The translations under genes were made by a program, and so were the position numbers. DNA of 59,258 nt. Source: a virus (taxonomy: Duplodnaviria > Caudoviricetes). Location of the stretch: the IMG/VR virus record IMGVR_UViG_3300033153_002543, positions 1 to 59,258 of that record. One strand, written 5' to 3'. Below are positions 26,887-36,947 of this stretch, in pieces (within the stretch, counting starts at the first letter, position 1; every line of letters starts with the position of its first letter). Under the pieces are notes generated by a model. That model had not been told where the DNA came from and did no database searches. It worked only from the letters and a program-made list of their open reading frames with translations.

Positions 26887-26962
26887 GGAAATGTAGCTCC
26901 AATGGTAGAGCGATTGGTTGAAGCCCAGTGCGTTGTAGGTTCGAGTCCTACCATTTCCACCA
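26887..26962 (+). tRNA. tRNA-Phe(GAA)
   Basis: Loop TTGAAGC, ACCA. Confidence 0.88.
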
Positions 26963-26975
26963 AATTAGAGGTTAT

Positions 26976-27428
26976 ATGATTAAATATTTATTAGTATTTT
27001 TAGCACTAACAAGCAACGCAGTTGCATTAGAGTACATTGAAGAAGAGATCAAATGTTTAGCAGATAATATATATTTTGAAGCTAGAAATGAATCCATCAA
27101 AGGCCAAGTAGCTGTAGCCTTAGTAACCATTAATAGAGTTAAATCTAAACATTACCCAGATAATATCTGTGATGTAGTATGGGAACACAAGCAATTTTCA
27201 TGGACATTAGATGGTAAATCAGATACACCTAGAGAAGGTAAGGCATATAATAGGTCTGTATTAGTAGCTACTATATTACTTAATTCTATGTATATAAATG
27301 ATGATTTTCATGATTTCACAGAAGGTGCAACACATTACCATGCAAATTATGTTAGACCTTATTGGGCACACAATATGAAATATATTGCATCTATTGATAA
27401 CCATATATTTTATAAATTTAAAAAATAG
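26976..27428 (+). CDS. cell wall hydrolase (SleB / Hydrolase_2 family)
   Basis: CLADNIYFEARNE...AVALVTINRV...QFSW...GATHYHA...HIFY; start corrected to 26976. Confidence 0.92.
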   Translation: MIKYLLVFLALTSNAVALEYIEEEIKCLADNIYFEARNESIKGQVAVALVTINRVKSKHYPDNICDVVWEHKQFSWTLDGKSDTPREGKAYNRSVLVATILLNSMYINDDFHDFTEGATHYHANYVRPYWAHNMKYIASIDNHIFYKFKK

Positions 27429-27431
27429 TTG

Positions 27432-27460
27432 TTGACTTCGCAACTATGATTTGATATAAT
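27432..27460 (+). promoter_or_regulatory. sigma70-type strong promoter (TTCGCAAC family)
   Basis: TTGACTTCGCAACTATGATTTGATATAAT. Confidence 0.85.
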
Positions 27461-27491
27461 ATATTTTCAAATCGAGAAACAAAACATTTTC

Positions 27492-27567
27492 GGAACACTA
27501 ACTCAATTGGCAGAGTACTCGGCTTTTAACCGATAGGTTCCCAGTTCAAATCTGGGGTGTTCCACCA
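27492..27567 (+). tRNA. tRNA-Lys(UUU)
   Basis: Loop CTTTTAA, ACCA. Confidence 0.92.
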
Positions 27568-27589
27568 AACAACTTAAGAGTAAATACTT

Positions 27590-27886
27590 ATGATAGAAAC
27601 GATAGGCTGGCTAGGTAGCTTCTTCTTTGCAATTTGTGGTTTTCCACAAGCATGGACAAGTTACAAAGCTAAGAACTCAGATGGGATTTCCCAAGGGTTC
27701 TTATGGTTATGGATTCTAGGTGAGGTATTTACTCTTTTTTACGTTATGGCTCAGGATACTATTTTAGTACCCCTCATTGCAAATTATTTGGTTAATTTGT
27801 TATCTTTGGTAGTAATAGTATATTATAAGTATAACGCAACACCTCAATTAATTAATGGAAAAAACCACTGGATAACTAATGACTGA
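27590..27886 (+). CDS. PQ-loop / SemiSWEET-like membrane protein
   Basis: IGWLGS...FPQAWTSYKAKNSDGIS; three hydrophobic segments. Confidence 0.82.
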   Translation: MIETIGWLGSFFFAICGFPQAWTSYKAKNSDGISQGFLWLWILGEVFTLFYVMAQDTILVPLIANYLVNLLSLVVIVYYKYNATPQLINGKNHWITND

Positions 27887-28039
27887 AGAAAGATATAAAG
27901 AATGTCAGAAAGGGATGTTACAACTAACTCAAGAAGAAATTGATGAAGGTTGGCATTATTGTATTAGTGAGTGGGATGGTATGCTTTGCCTACCCACATG
28001 GGAAGAAGCTAAAGTATGTGGCTGTGAGGTAAAAATTAA

Positions 28040-28825
28040 ATGATTAGTAAGAATAGTGTAATGAGTAAACCTTATTCAAAAGGCATTAAAGAAGATTTAG
28101 CCCCTTATTTAGTTAATGTAGTAGAAACCAACGAACCAAAAAATAAATTTAGGTATGTATTTAATATAAGTTGTGCTTCAGCTTCTATAATTACTCAATT
28201 TGATAACCTAACAAGAAATTTAAAATGCTGGAGGAAATTATCTAAATATGAAATTGTTTGGTTAACAAATTCAACATTTTTAAAAGAAATGTATGAAAAA
28301 AGGGTTGTAGGTGGTTCACGTAGAAGTGCACAAATAGACTTATCAAACCCCTGTATGGAAATACACAATAGAGAAACACCTGAAGATATTCATTACCAAG
28401 GGATACATTCATTATCATTTAGTGTATCGAGTTTAGATACAAAAGATAAAATACAGAATGGTGGTTGGAGTAATACCAATATGCTATCTAATAAAGATGA
28501 TACAATAACTTTCAGTTATGATTATGACACAAACAATAAGGAAAAAGAAATGAACGATAAATTTAAAGTAGTATTTAGTATTGATATTAATGTTAATGGT
28601 AAGGATTATAAATTAACAGACCCTATTAAGTCTGAAGATGCATTACCTGTAATATTACAACTTGGTAAACGAGCTAAAGTTCTAAATGAACGAAAAGAAC
28701 TATTAGTAGATGCTGTTGAGAACTTAGGAAGTATTTCAAGTGTAACTGAAGTACTAGATAATGAATTAGAAGAACTTCAAGAGCTTTTAAAGCATATTAA
28801 TGATAATATCGAAGATATTGATTAA
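28040..28825 (+). CDS. hypothetical protein
   Basis: 261 aa ORF, possibly with an internal start at MNDKF. Confidence 0.55.
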   Translation: MISKNSVMSKPYSKGIKEDLAPYLVNVVETNEPKNKFRYVFNISCASASIITQFDNLTRNLKCWRKLSKYEIVWLTNSTFLKEMYEKRVVGGSRRSAQIDLSNPCMEIHNRETPEDIHYQGIHSLSFSVSSLDTKDKIQNGGWSNTNMLSNKDDTITFSYDYDTNNKEKEMNDKFKVVFSIDINVNGKDYKLTDPIKSEDALPVILQLGKRAKVLNERKELLVDAVENLGSISSVTEVLDNELEELQELLKHINDNIEDID

Positions 28826-29046
28826 TATTATTGTATGAAATTAATGATAGAATTATAAGACGGCGGTTCGATTCCGCCCTCTTCCAATACGACGGGAGAG
28901 TACTGGCTTCGATTGTAGTTGGATAATTAATGGACAATACGTTATCAGACGTAATCTGGTAAAATATAATTGCAAACGATGAAACTTTCGCAATAGCTGC
29001 TTAGTAGTAGCTGGGGTATGGGTTACCTTGCAACAGAACAACCCAC
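28826..29046 (+). ncRNA. ssrA: two-piece (circularly permuted) tmRNA, tag ANDETFAIAA
   Basis: T arm and 3' acceptor strand CTCTTCC-A (28879-28886) precede the 5' acceptor strand GGGAGAG (28894-28900, G3-U70); tag frame at 28972-29001. Confidence 0.9.
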
Positions 29047-29064
29047 TAATTAAAAGGAGATTAT

Positions 29065-29304
29065 ATGAAATATTTACTATTATCAGGATTATTACTATTA
29101 ACAGGGTGTAGTGATGGAATATTTACAACTACTACTACCAATACATTAATTACACCTGACCACAACTATGAAATTGATACATGGGGCAGTAATTCAGAGG
29201 TATATGAATTTACACCTAAAAGCAATTTGCAAAAGTCATGTATTTTTGTAATGCTAGACTCAGGCAAAGCTATGGGACTACAATGCTTTGATAAGCAGAA
29301 ATGA
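29065..29304 (+). CDS. putative lipoprotein
   Basis: MKYLLLSGLLLLTGC lipobox. Confidence 0.75.
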   Translation: MKYLLLSGLLLLTGCSDGIFTTTTTNTLITPDHNYEIDTWGSNSEVYEFTPKSNLQKSCIFVMLDSGKAMGLQCFDKQK

Positions 29305-29674
29305 GTAAAATAACACTACTAAGAGCAAAAGAAATATTAGAGAGTATTACACTAATAGATGTCTTCGCATCATTAGTTTCTAATACATTATTAGAAGATA
29401 AAGTTATCTTACAAACACAACTTAACTTAACTAATAAAATATATCAAGCTGAGAATCATTTTTGTATTAATGATATTAAAAATCAAGTTAATTTGTTAAG
29501 GTTAAAACAAGAATATTACCATCCAGCTAATATATTATTCTACTATAAAGATGATATAACTCAAGAAGTTAAAGATAGTAATAAAGATATATATAATGAA
29601 ATTACAATTAATATAGATTTATTAGAGAGTAAAATTAAAGATATGTCTAAAGATATATACATAGAGGCAGATTA

Positions 29675-29950
29675 GTGAAAATAAGACCAATGAGAAATAG
29701 ATTATTAGTTAAACTTAGTGAAATGATTACTAAGACGCAGGGAGGAATCTTGCTCCCAGAAGAAAAGAGGCCAACCACTGGAACAGTAATTGAAGCTGGA
29801 ATAGATGATTTAGGTGAAATTTTAAATAAAGGTGATGTAATATTATTTGGTAAATATGCAGGAACACCTATTAAGTTAGAAAATGAAGATTTTGTGATGA
29901 TGTCCTACACAGACATTATAGCAGTTGTTGAAACAACAGATGAAAAATAG
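29675..29950 (+). CDS. groES: GroES-like co-chaperonin
   Basis: IRPMRNRLLVK...TQGGILLP...GTVI...GDVILFGKYAGT. Confidence 0.9.
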   Translation: MKIRPMRNRLLVKLSEMITKTQGGILLPEEKRPTTGTVIEAGIDDLGEILNKGDVILFGKYAGTPIKLENEDFVMMSYTDIIAVVETTDEK

Positions 29951-29953
29951 ATG

Positions 29954-29982
29954 TTGACTTTATAAGTTAACATTGATATAAT
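29954..29982 (+). promoter_or_regulatory. sigma70-type promoter
   Basis: TTGACT-17-TATAAT. Confidence 0.85.
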
Positions 29983-30019
29983 ATGTTTTTAAAAATTAAT
30001 ATAAGAAGGAGAAATATTT

Positions 30020-30391
30020 ATGGCTAGTGAATGGACAGATGAATTAAAACAACAAGTAGTGGAAGATTACGAAGCAGCTAATCCTACACCTGATACAAGT
30101 ACAGAGATAGTGAAGAAAATTGCAGAAAATATTGACATGACTGTAAATGGAGTTCGCTCAGTTCTAGTACGTGCTAAAGTTTATATTAAAAAGACACCTG
30201 CAACGGGTAAGTCAAGTGATACTAAGTCTACAAGTACACGAGTAAACAAAGCAGATGCTATTGCAGCATTGAAAGAAATCATATCAAACAACAGTCTGGA
30301 TGTACAAGACGACATTCTAGATAAACTTACTGGTAAAGCAGCAGTTTATTTTACAGGACTTTTCGAGGGCTTAACTTCTAAGGAATCCTAA
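30020..30391 (+). CDS. T5 D3-like DNA-binding protein
   Basis: WTDEL...SteIVKKIA...NGVR..LVRAKVYIKK...DKLTGKAA. Confidence 0.82.
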   Translation: MASEWTDELKQQVVEDYEAANPTPDTSTEIVKKIAENIDMTVNGVRSVLVRAKVYIKKTPATGKSSDTKSTSTRVNKADAIAALKEIISNNSLDVQDDILDKLTGKAAVYFTGLFEGLTSKES

Positions 30392-30392
30392 A

Positions 30393-31058
30393 ATGGCTCG
30401 TATCCGCAAAAAATCTACAGAACAACTTTCCGAACAAAATTTAGAAAAAGTAATTGCTTTATTAGAGCAAGAAAAACCAATAACTAAAAAAGATGCTTGT
30501 GCAATGTTAAGTATAGCGTATAATACCACTAGACTTAATAAAATAGTACTAGAACATAAAGCTAACCTTAAGCAAAGGGCAGAGTTACGAAAGAAATTCC
30601 GAAACAAACCACTAGATAAATCTGATTTAAATTTAATTGTGTCTTCTTACTTAGAGGGCGTAAGTTTAACAGATATTGCGGATAATATCTTTAGAAGTAT
30701 AGCACTAATTAAACGTGTACTAATTAAGTACAATATTCCATTACGTGATTCTAATATAGATTACTGGCATCCTGCAGAAATTTCTGAGGATGCCATGATG
30801 GATGATTATATCAAGGATGATTTAGTCTTCTCTGCTAGGTACAACCAACCGGCTTGTATTATGAAAAAGATTAAAGATGAAGTATATAGAATCTGGTTAT
30901 ATAAAGATCAGCAATTTGCAATTCAACCATTTTATGAGTTAGCAGATTTACGACATGTACAAAATGAATTGGATGTACATATAGAAGACTTCCCCGCAGA
31001 AGAGATTAAGCAATTAATTTACACTGCACTTACAAATGCAAAGAGAAAGAAAAAATGA
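30393..31058 (+). CDS. T5 D2-like protein
   Basis: TKKDACAML...YLEG.SLTDIA...RS...YRIWL...YELA. Confidence 0.78.
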   Translation: MARIRKKSTEQLSEQNLEKVIALLEQEKPITKKDACAMLSIAYNTTRLNKIVLEHKANLKQRAELRKKFRNKPLDKSDLNLIVSSYLEGVSLTDIADNIFRSIALIKRVLIKYNIPLRDSNIDYWHPAEISEDAMMDDYIKDDLVFSARYNQPACIMKKIKDEVYRIWLYKDQQFAIQPFYELADLRHVQNELDVHIEDFPAEEIKQLIYTALTNAKRKKK

Positions 31059-31546
31059 ATATAATTAGAAACACATGGCACTACAAATTATTTGAATTTG
31101 CTATGAAACATGAAAAACTCCAAGAAACAGTATGTTCCTATTTACGTGGAGTAACCTTTGGAGTATTAAAAGTATTATTAATAGCATTAGCTGTATCTAC
31201 AGTTATATTTAGTATGATTAATATATTAGTACATGTATTAACAGGAGCACTACTTGTAATTGCTATGTTCCCTGAAGTAATAGCAGTAGTTATCACATTA
31301 GTAGGAATACTTAGTTGGTTTGCTGCATTAATCTTTGGGATTATATTTTTTGTTAAGTATTTAAATACTAAAGAACCAGTAGTATTAGCTTTTAATAGCA
31401 CTACACATAGTGTTGCTTCAGGTATTATTAATACCTATAATAAAATCCCTAAAGTTAAAGAGGGGTCTTTCTTAGATATTTTATGGGTTAGAATTAAAAA
31501 TCAACACGACAAAATCTGTACACTTGTAACATTTACAAAGGACTAA
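31055..31546 (+). CDS. hypothetical membrane protein
   Basis: Long hydrophobic stretches. Confidence 0.65.
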   Translation: MNIIRNTWHYKLFEFAMKHEKLQETVCSYLRGVTFGVLKVLLIALAVSTVIFSMINILVHVLTGALLVIAMFPEVIAVVITLVGILSWFAALIFGIIFFVKYLNTKEPVVLAFNSTTHSVASGIINTYNKIPKVKEGSFLDILWVRIKNQHDKICTLVTFTKD

Positions 31547-31551
31547 AAGAA

Positions 31552-31815
31552 ATGAACAAATTTCATATCTTAAACTTCATGAGAAAAAATGGTGATAGTG
31601 TTGTTATGCTACCCGATAATGAAGGAATTTTAGCAACTACAGACTTCTCCACTAAGTATATTAGAGATAAGAAGTATGGTAGATTTGTTATTAAGAAAAA
31701 TCAAGTTTTAGTATTTTCTTGGACTGATGATAAGTTTAGAAACTTAGAAGTCGAGGATATTAAAAACATTAAATCACTTAATTCAATTTTAAGGAATGTA
31801 AGAGATGAAGGGTAA
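31552..31815 (+). CDS. conserved T5-like hypothetical protein
   Basis: KYI...VLVFSWTDDKFR pattern in syntenic position. Confidence 0.55.
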   Translation: MNKFHILNFMRKNGDSVVMLPDNEGILATTDFSTKYIRDKKYGRFVIKKNQVLVFSWTDDKFRNLEVEDIKNIKSLNSILRNVRDEG

Positions 31816-32090
31816 GCGCACAGGAAAAGCTTTTAAAGCGTATTATAAAAATTATGACTGGGATTTTAATGTTGCACAACGACTAGAAAGGCACATCAAA
31901 AATCAACCAGAGGATGAAGTAGCCAAGCAAGCATTAAACCGTTTAAAGAGTGGCAAAAAGAAATATACTAGAAATAGGAAATCAGATGGCCATATCTGTA
32001 AGGTAGCACCTAGTATAGCAATCACCACCTCTCGTGGTGATGATAGACCTACAATCATAGACCAAATGGTAAATATAGGATTCAAATATC

Positions 32091-33038
32091 GTGGAAGAAA
32101 TAAGAAAACTACTAGACAGGGCAAATCACGCGTACGATAATGGAAACCCATTTATGTCCGATGCAGTATTTGATTCTTTATGTGAGAAGTACAACTACAA
32201 TGATTTTGGTTCTGAACCAGAGGTGAAGGCGAAGCATCTATTTAAGATGTATAGCCTTCAAAAAGTGTTTGATAGCGACCCAGAACCTTCAACAATGCAA
32301 GGAATAGCAATAGTTACCCCCAAGCTAGATGGAGCAGCCATTAGTCTAACTTACGTTGAAGGAACTCTAGTGAAAGGAATCACTAGGGGTAGGGACGGTA
32401 TCGAAGGTGAGAATATTACAGAAAATATTTATCATCTAGTACCTAATACTGTGAGTATTAAAGGTACAGTACAGATTACTGGCGAAGTAGTCTGTGACAA
32501 GAATATTGAAAATGCTCGTAATTATGCAGCAGGATCTTTAAGATTAAAAAATCCAAATGAATTCAAAGAAAGAGTAAAACAATTAAACTTTATAGCTTAT
32601 GGGCTTCAACCCTATTGCCGTGATACATTTACTAAGGACATGCAATTATTAGAGGATAATAGATTTTTTACAGTATTTGCAAATGATCTAGAAGACCAAT
32701 ATAGGACTGATGGTGAAGTATATAGGTTAGATAATAATGACTTATTTAGTTCTTTAGGTTATACTGCGAAACACCCTAGAGGTGCGTATGCTAGGAAACA
32801 GAAATCAGATGTAGCTATTGAAGAAACAGTATTACTAGAGGTTATTTGGCAAGTGGGTAGAACAGGACAAGTAACTCCTGTAGCTATTTTTGAAGAGATA
32901 GTTATAGATGATGCTAAGATAACTAGAGCAACATTGCATAATGTTGGGTTTATAGAAGAAATGGGATTAGAGCTTGGAGATACAATTCTAGTTACTAGAG
33001 CTGGTGGTATAATACCAAAAGTATTAGGGAGAGCATAA
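32091..33038 (+). CDS. ligA: NAD-dependent DNA ligase subunit A (split gene)
   Basis: MYSLQK, PKLDG, TRG, DG, WQVGRTG, RATLHN, RAGGIIPKV. Confidence 0.93.
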   Translation: MEEIRKLLDRANHAYDNGNPFMSDAVFDSLCEKYNYNDFGSEPEVKAKHLFKMYSLQKVFDSDPEPSTMQGIAIVTPKLDGAAISLTYVEGTLVKGITRGRDGIEGENITENIYHLVPNTVSIKGTVQITGEVVCDKNIENARNYAAGSLRLKNPNEFKERVKQLNFIAYGLQPYCRDTFTKDMQLLEDNRFFTVFANDLEDQYRTDGEVYRLDNNDLFSSLGYTAKHPRGAYARKQKSDVAIEETVLLEVIWQVGRTGQVTPVAIFEEIVIDDAKITRATLHNVGFIEEMGLELGDTILVTRAGGIIPKVLGRA

Positions 33039-33292
33039 TGGAAGGGTTACAAATGAAATATTTTGTGTTAAGTCCCAACAAGGATGATGCTTATGGACAA
33101 GCAAGCAGGGAAGCACTATTATCTTATGCTAGTGCTATTGAAGGAACTAATCCCACGTTAACATCAGATTTAAGGCGATGGGTACATATAGCAGCCTCAG
33201 ATATTGAAAAGAGTAAATAAATTTAACCTCGCGCCAACCACACCAACATTTACATAAATTAATATTACGTGTTAGCATACGAAAAATATTAC

Positions 33293-33321
33293 TTGACATT
33301 TTAGTTAAAAGTGAGTATAAT
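33293..33321 (+). promoter_or_regulatory. sigma70-type promoter between the ligase subunits
   Basis: TTGACA-17-TATAAT. Confidence 0.8.
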
Positions 33322-33330
33322 ACATATCAA

Positions 33331-34077
33331 ATGAAAATAGAAATTATAAAAGAATGTCCCGTATGTAGTTCAAAACTAATAAGGGTTAATGACCAATTAT
33401 TTTGTAAAAATACTCTATGTGATGCAAAAGTATTTAAAAGTATTATACATTTTGTAAAGGCATTAAAGATTAAAGGATTGGGCGAAAAAACTATTGAAAA
33501 ATTGGATTTAGATAGTATCAATTCAATTTATAATTTATCAAATGAATTAATAAAATCCACTCTTGGTGACAAAGTAGGAACTAAATTAATTTCCGAGATA
33601 GAAAAAAGTAAGAATACCACAGTTGATAAATATATAACTGGTTTTGGTATACCCCTAGTGGGAAAAACTGCCTCTGAGAAACTTGCACAGCATACGTCAG
33701 ATATTTGGAATATTGACGCTAATGTTTGTAGTTTAGCAGGATTAGGCGAAAAAGCAACTAATAATCTATTAGATTGGATATTGCACAATGAAGATAGATA
33801 TAAAAACTTACCTATTAAAACATTGGAAGTATCACCTCAAACTCAAACTGAAACTACACTTAAAATATGTGTAACAGGGAAGTTAAATGATTTTACCTCT
33901 AGGGAAAAGGCAAAGACATATCTTAAAGATTATGGAATACAAGTAGTAAGTAGTGTAAGTAGTAATATTGATTATTTAGTTTGTGATGTAGAAGGCAGTA
34001 GTTCATCTAGTGTCAAGAAAGCAAAGAAACTAGATATTGAAGTGATTACTATGAATAATTTATTAAAATTAATTTAA
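33331..34077 (+). CDS. ligB: NAD-dependent DNA ligase subunit B (zinc finger, HhH, BRCT)
   Basis: CPVC...C..C, IKGLGEKTIEKL, GIPLVG, CVTGKL BRCT. Confidence 0.9.
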   Translation: MKIEIIKECPVCSSKLIRVNDQLFCKNTLCDAKVFKSIIHFVKALKIKGLGEKTIEKLDLDSINSIYNLSNELIKSTLGDKVGTKLISEIEKSKNTTVDKYITGFGIPLVGKTASEKLAQHTSDIWNIDANVCSLAGLGEKATNNLLDWILHNEDRYKNLPIKTLEVSPQTQTETTLKICVTGKLNDFTSREKAKTYLKDYGIQVVSSVSSNIDYLVCDVEGSSSSSVKKAKKLDIEVITMNNLLKLI

Positions 34078-34088
34078 AGGAGATTTAA

Positions 34089-34835
34089 ATGAGTAATAAC
34101 GTACCTAAGTGGAACGAAGAAAGAGAAGCAACATTAACAGCAATCGTTGGTTCAACAAGCCCAGTAACAGCAGAAGTAGTAACTTCAGCAGCAGAAAAAT
34201 TAGAAACTACTACACGTTCAGTAGCATCTAAACTACGTAAAATGGGTTTTGAAGTAGACTCTATGAGTAAAAATAGTTCTAAGAACTATACAGAAGCTCA
34301 AGAAGCTGAATTAAGTGACTTCTTAAACAAGCATGATGGTCAATATACCTATGCAGAAGTTGCAGCAGCAGTATTTAGTGGAGCTTTCTCTACTAAGCAA
34401 ATCCAAGGAAAAATTCTTTCTATGGAATTAACTTCTAAAGTTAAACCAACTCCTAAAGCAGAAGTTGTTAAGACTTATTCTGATGCAGAAGAAGCTAAGC
34501 TATTAGCATTGCTTTCATCTGGTGACATGTTCATCGAAGACATCGCAGAAAAGATGGATCGTGCTGTAAATTCTGTACGTGGTAAAATTCTTTCTATGAG
34601 TCGTACTAATGATAGCATCTCTATCCCTAAGCAAAAGAACTACAAGTCTAAAGACGCTGTAGATCCTATTGAAGCTTTAGGTGATATTTCAGATACAACT
34701 GTTGAAGATATTGCAGAAGCAATTGAAAAGACTGTACGTGGTGTAAAAACTATGTTAACACATCGTGGTTTAACTTGTAAGAACTATGATGGTGCTAAGC
34801 GCGCTGAGAAATTAGCAACTGCTAAAGCAGGCTAA
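34089..34835 (+). CDS. T5 D5-like DNA-binding protein
   Basis: RSVASKLRKMGFEV...GQYTYAEVAAAV...KQIQGKILSME. Confidence 0.88.
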   Translation: MSNNVPKWNEEREATLTAIVGSTSPVTAEVVTSAAEKLETTTRSVASKLRKMGFEVDSMSKNSSKNYTEAQEAELSDFLNKHDGQYTYAEVAAAVFSGAFSTKQIQGKILSMELTSKVKPTPKAEVVKTYSDAEEAKLLALLSSGDMFIEDIAEKMDRAVNSVRGKILSMSRTNDSISIPKQKNYKSKDAVDPIEALGDISDTTVEDIAEAIEKTVRGVKTMLTHRGLTCKNYDGAKRAEKLATAKAG

Positions 34836-34848
34836 TTAGCCCCTTATT

Positions 34849-34882
34849 AAACACTAGGTATTAAGTTGCCTAGTGTTTTTTA
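34849..34882 (+). terminator. intrinsic terminator
   Basis: AAACACTAGGTA/TGCCTAGTGTTT plus T run. Confidence 0.75.
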
Positions 34883-34919
34883 TTCTTTAAATTTAATCAA
34901 AAATAAAAGGTGCATTAAT

Positions 34920-36245
34920 GTGTCAGATGTTGCAGGAATTGTATTACACAATGTTTTAAAAAATCCTGAAAGCTCTATTGAAATCTGGCCTAGACTTAAA
35001 ATTCACTTTTTCAACTCAGACTATGAAGAAATCTTTAGGTCTATAAATAAATATTATAATAAATATAATAACCTACCAACCTTTGAGGATCTAAAAGTAA
35101 CTCTTAGGGAACAATCTATTATTCAAAAGATAGTAGCACTTGAACTTTTAGATGTTTCAGATGATATAGATAATATTATTGCTACAGAAGCATTAACCGA
35201 TCAATATACACAAGACGAAACATTAAACCAATTATCTAAATTTATAGATAATATACCATCATATGATACTGTGGAAGTTAAAGAAGAATTAGCTAACATT
35301 TTATTAGATTTAGAACAAAAGACAGAGACCTCTGAAGAGATTTTCCTAATGAATGATATATTCGTTATAGATAACGAGGAAAAACACAGCAGAGTACCTT
35401 TAGGATTAAACAACACGTTTGATGCATTAACAGGAGGCCTATCTTTAACTGAATTAATAATGATAGGTGGTCATAGAGGCTCAGGAAAGACAGTTGCCGC
35501 ATGTAACATTGCAGTTAATCAGTATAACCAAGGTAACGTAGGTCTATTCTTCTCGATAGAAATGAGATATAGAGAAATATTTAATAGATTTATCTCAATA
35601 TTATCAGATGTTGATAATAACAAATTAAGGAATACGCGGTGTGATCCTAATGATTACATGAAAATAGCTAATTCCAGAAGTGATATGTTCACTGATAGTG
35701 AAGAAGTATTACAAGATTTCATACAACATAGAGATTATGAAAAATTTGAAAAGGACTTAGTTAAGTCCAAAAAGTTAAAACCAGACAACCAACTTATAAT
35801 TGTAGATAATCAATCATTAACAATGGCAGATATAGACTTAAATATAACTAAGTTTAAAATGCAATTTGGTGATAAGCTGAAAGTAGTTGTAGTAGACTAT
35901 GTAAACCAAATACAAACACCAGATATATTTGACTGGAAAAATCAAATCTCAATGTCAAAGGGTCTTAAGACCTTAGCTAGAAAGCATGATATTGTAATGA
36001 TTACACCATATCAAACCGATACTACTGGAGAAGCTAGATTTGCTAAAGGTCTACTAGATGCCGCCGACGTTGCGGCAAACTTAGAAGCTAATGATGATTT
36101 TATTACATTTACAAGTACTAAAACTAGAAATATAGCCCCATTTCAATTCAATTCACCTATCAACTGGGATACGTTTTCATTATCACCAACAGATGCAGTA
36201 ATTGAATCAGATGATGGAGAGGGTGTAAGTGATACACCCGTATAA
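34920..36245 (+). CDS. DnaB-like replicative helicase (T5 D6-like)
   Basis: GGHRGSGKT Walker A, FSIEM, VVVVDY, ARFAKGLLDAAD; probable GTG start at 34920. Confidence 0.9.
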   Translation: MSDVAGIVLHNVLKNPESSIEIWPRLKIHFFNSDYEEIFRSINKYYNKYNNLPTFEDLKVTLREQSIIQKIVALELLDVSDDIDNIIATEALTDQYTQDETLNQLSKFIDNIPSYDTVEVKEELANILLDLEQKTETSEEIFLMNDIFVIDNEEKHSRVPLGLNNTFDALTGGLSLTELIMIGGHRGSGKTVAACNIAVNQYNQGNVGLFFSIEMRYREIFNRFISILSDVDNNKLRNTRCDPNDYMKIANSRSDMFTDSEEVLQDFIQHRDYEKFEKDLVKSKKLKPDNQLIIVDNQSLTMADIDLNITKFKMQFGDKLKVVVVDYVNQIQTPDIFDWKNQISMSKGLKTLARKHDIVMITPYQTDTTGEARFAKGLLDAADVAANLEANDDFITFTSTKTRNIAPFQFNSPINWDTFSLSPTDAVIESDDGEGVSDTPV

Positions 36246-36257
36246 AGGAATATAAAA

Positions 36258-36728
36258 ATGTTTAATACCGAAAAGAAATTAAGAGAACGCATTGCAGTTC
36301 TTGAGAATCAAGTAGAGATACTAATTACAGAAAAAGATCAGGAACGCAATAAAAAGTTAAAAGAGTTAAAGACAGTTACTGAAAAACTAGAGTCTTTAGA
36401 AAAAGAAAAGAAAAATTTAAGAAACACCAATGAAGACTTAAAAGCTAGTAATACTAGAGAAGAAGAAAATATTCAGCATAAAGTTAAGATTGTTATGGAA
36501 AAGAATGAGTTTAATTTAGCAAAGAAAATACAAGAAGCTGAAAAAGCTAAAGATGTTGAAGTTGGCAAAATTAAAGATGAATATAGAAATAAACGTGAGA
36601 AACAACTAGAAGATCAAAGTGCAAATATGAAAGAAATGTACACTGACGTATTAGATAAGTTAACAAAAGTAACTGGTACACTCAGCCAACCACAACAGGT
36701 CGCAAATAATGGCAATCTCAATAAATAA
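36258..36728 (+). CDS. coiled-coil hypothetical protein
   Basis: E/K-rich helical sequence. Confidence 0.65.
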   Translation: MFNTEKKLRERIAVLENQVEILITEKDQERNKKLKELKTVTEKLESLEKEKKNLRNTNEDLKASNTREEENIQHKVKIVMEKNEFNLAKKIQEAEKAKDVEVGKIKDEYRNKREKQLEDQSANMKEMYTDVLDKLTKVTGTLSQPQQVANNGNLNK

Positions 36729-36947
36729 TTCATTCGGTTTTTCTAGTGTGGGCACTATTAGTGGTACTACTACTGCTACTACGTATATTATTAATGATCC
36801 CTATAATGATCTCTATAGTAATTATAATACTATGGCCTATCCTACTACTGCCCCATTAAACGAAAGTGTGGGTAGAGTTTTAACCTTTGAAGAGAAATTG
36901 CAGAAAGAAATTGATGATTGGCTACTTATATTTAAAGAGAATTAGAA

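Noticed and set aside
25168-27000. N-terminal extensions of ORFs 25168 and 26928
   Set aside because: They overlap tRNA-Cys and tRNA-Phe; signal-peptide starts lie at 25231 and 26976.
18227-29041. Minus-strand ORFs 18227-18499, 19382-19564, 21130-21354, 24700-24984, 26635-26826 and 28853-29041
   Set aside because: They are antisense shadows of tRNA or tmRNA genes (typical GFEP/GIEP translations) and oppose the local transcription direction.
33038-33331. Intron splitting the DNA ligase
   Set aside because: A two-gene NAD ligase is normal for T5-like phages; the gap holds a small ORF and a promoter, with no group I or II features.
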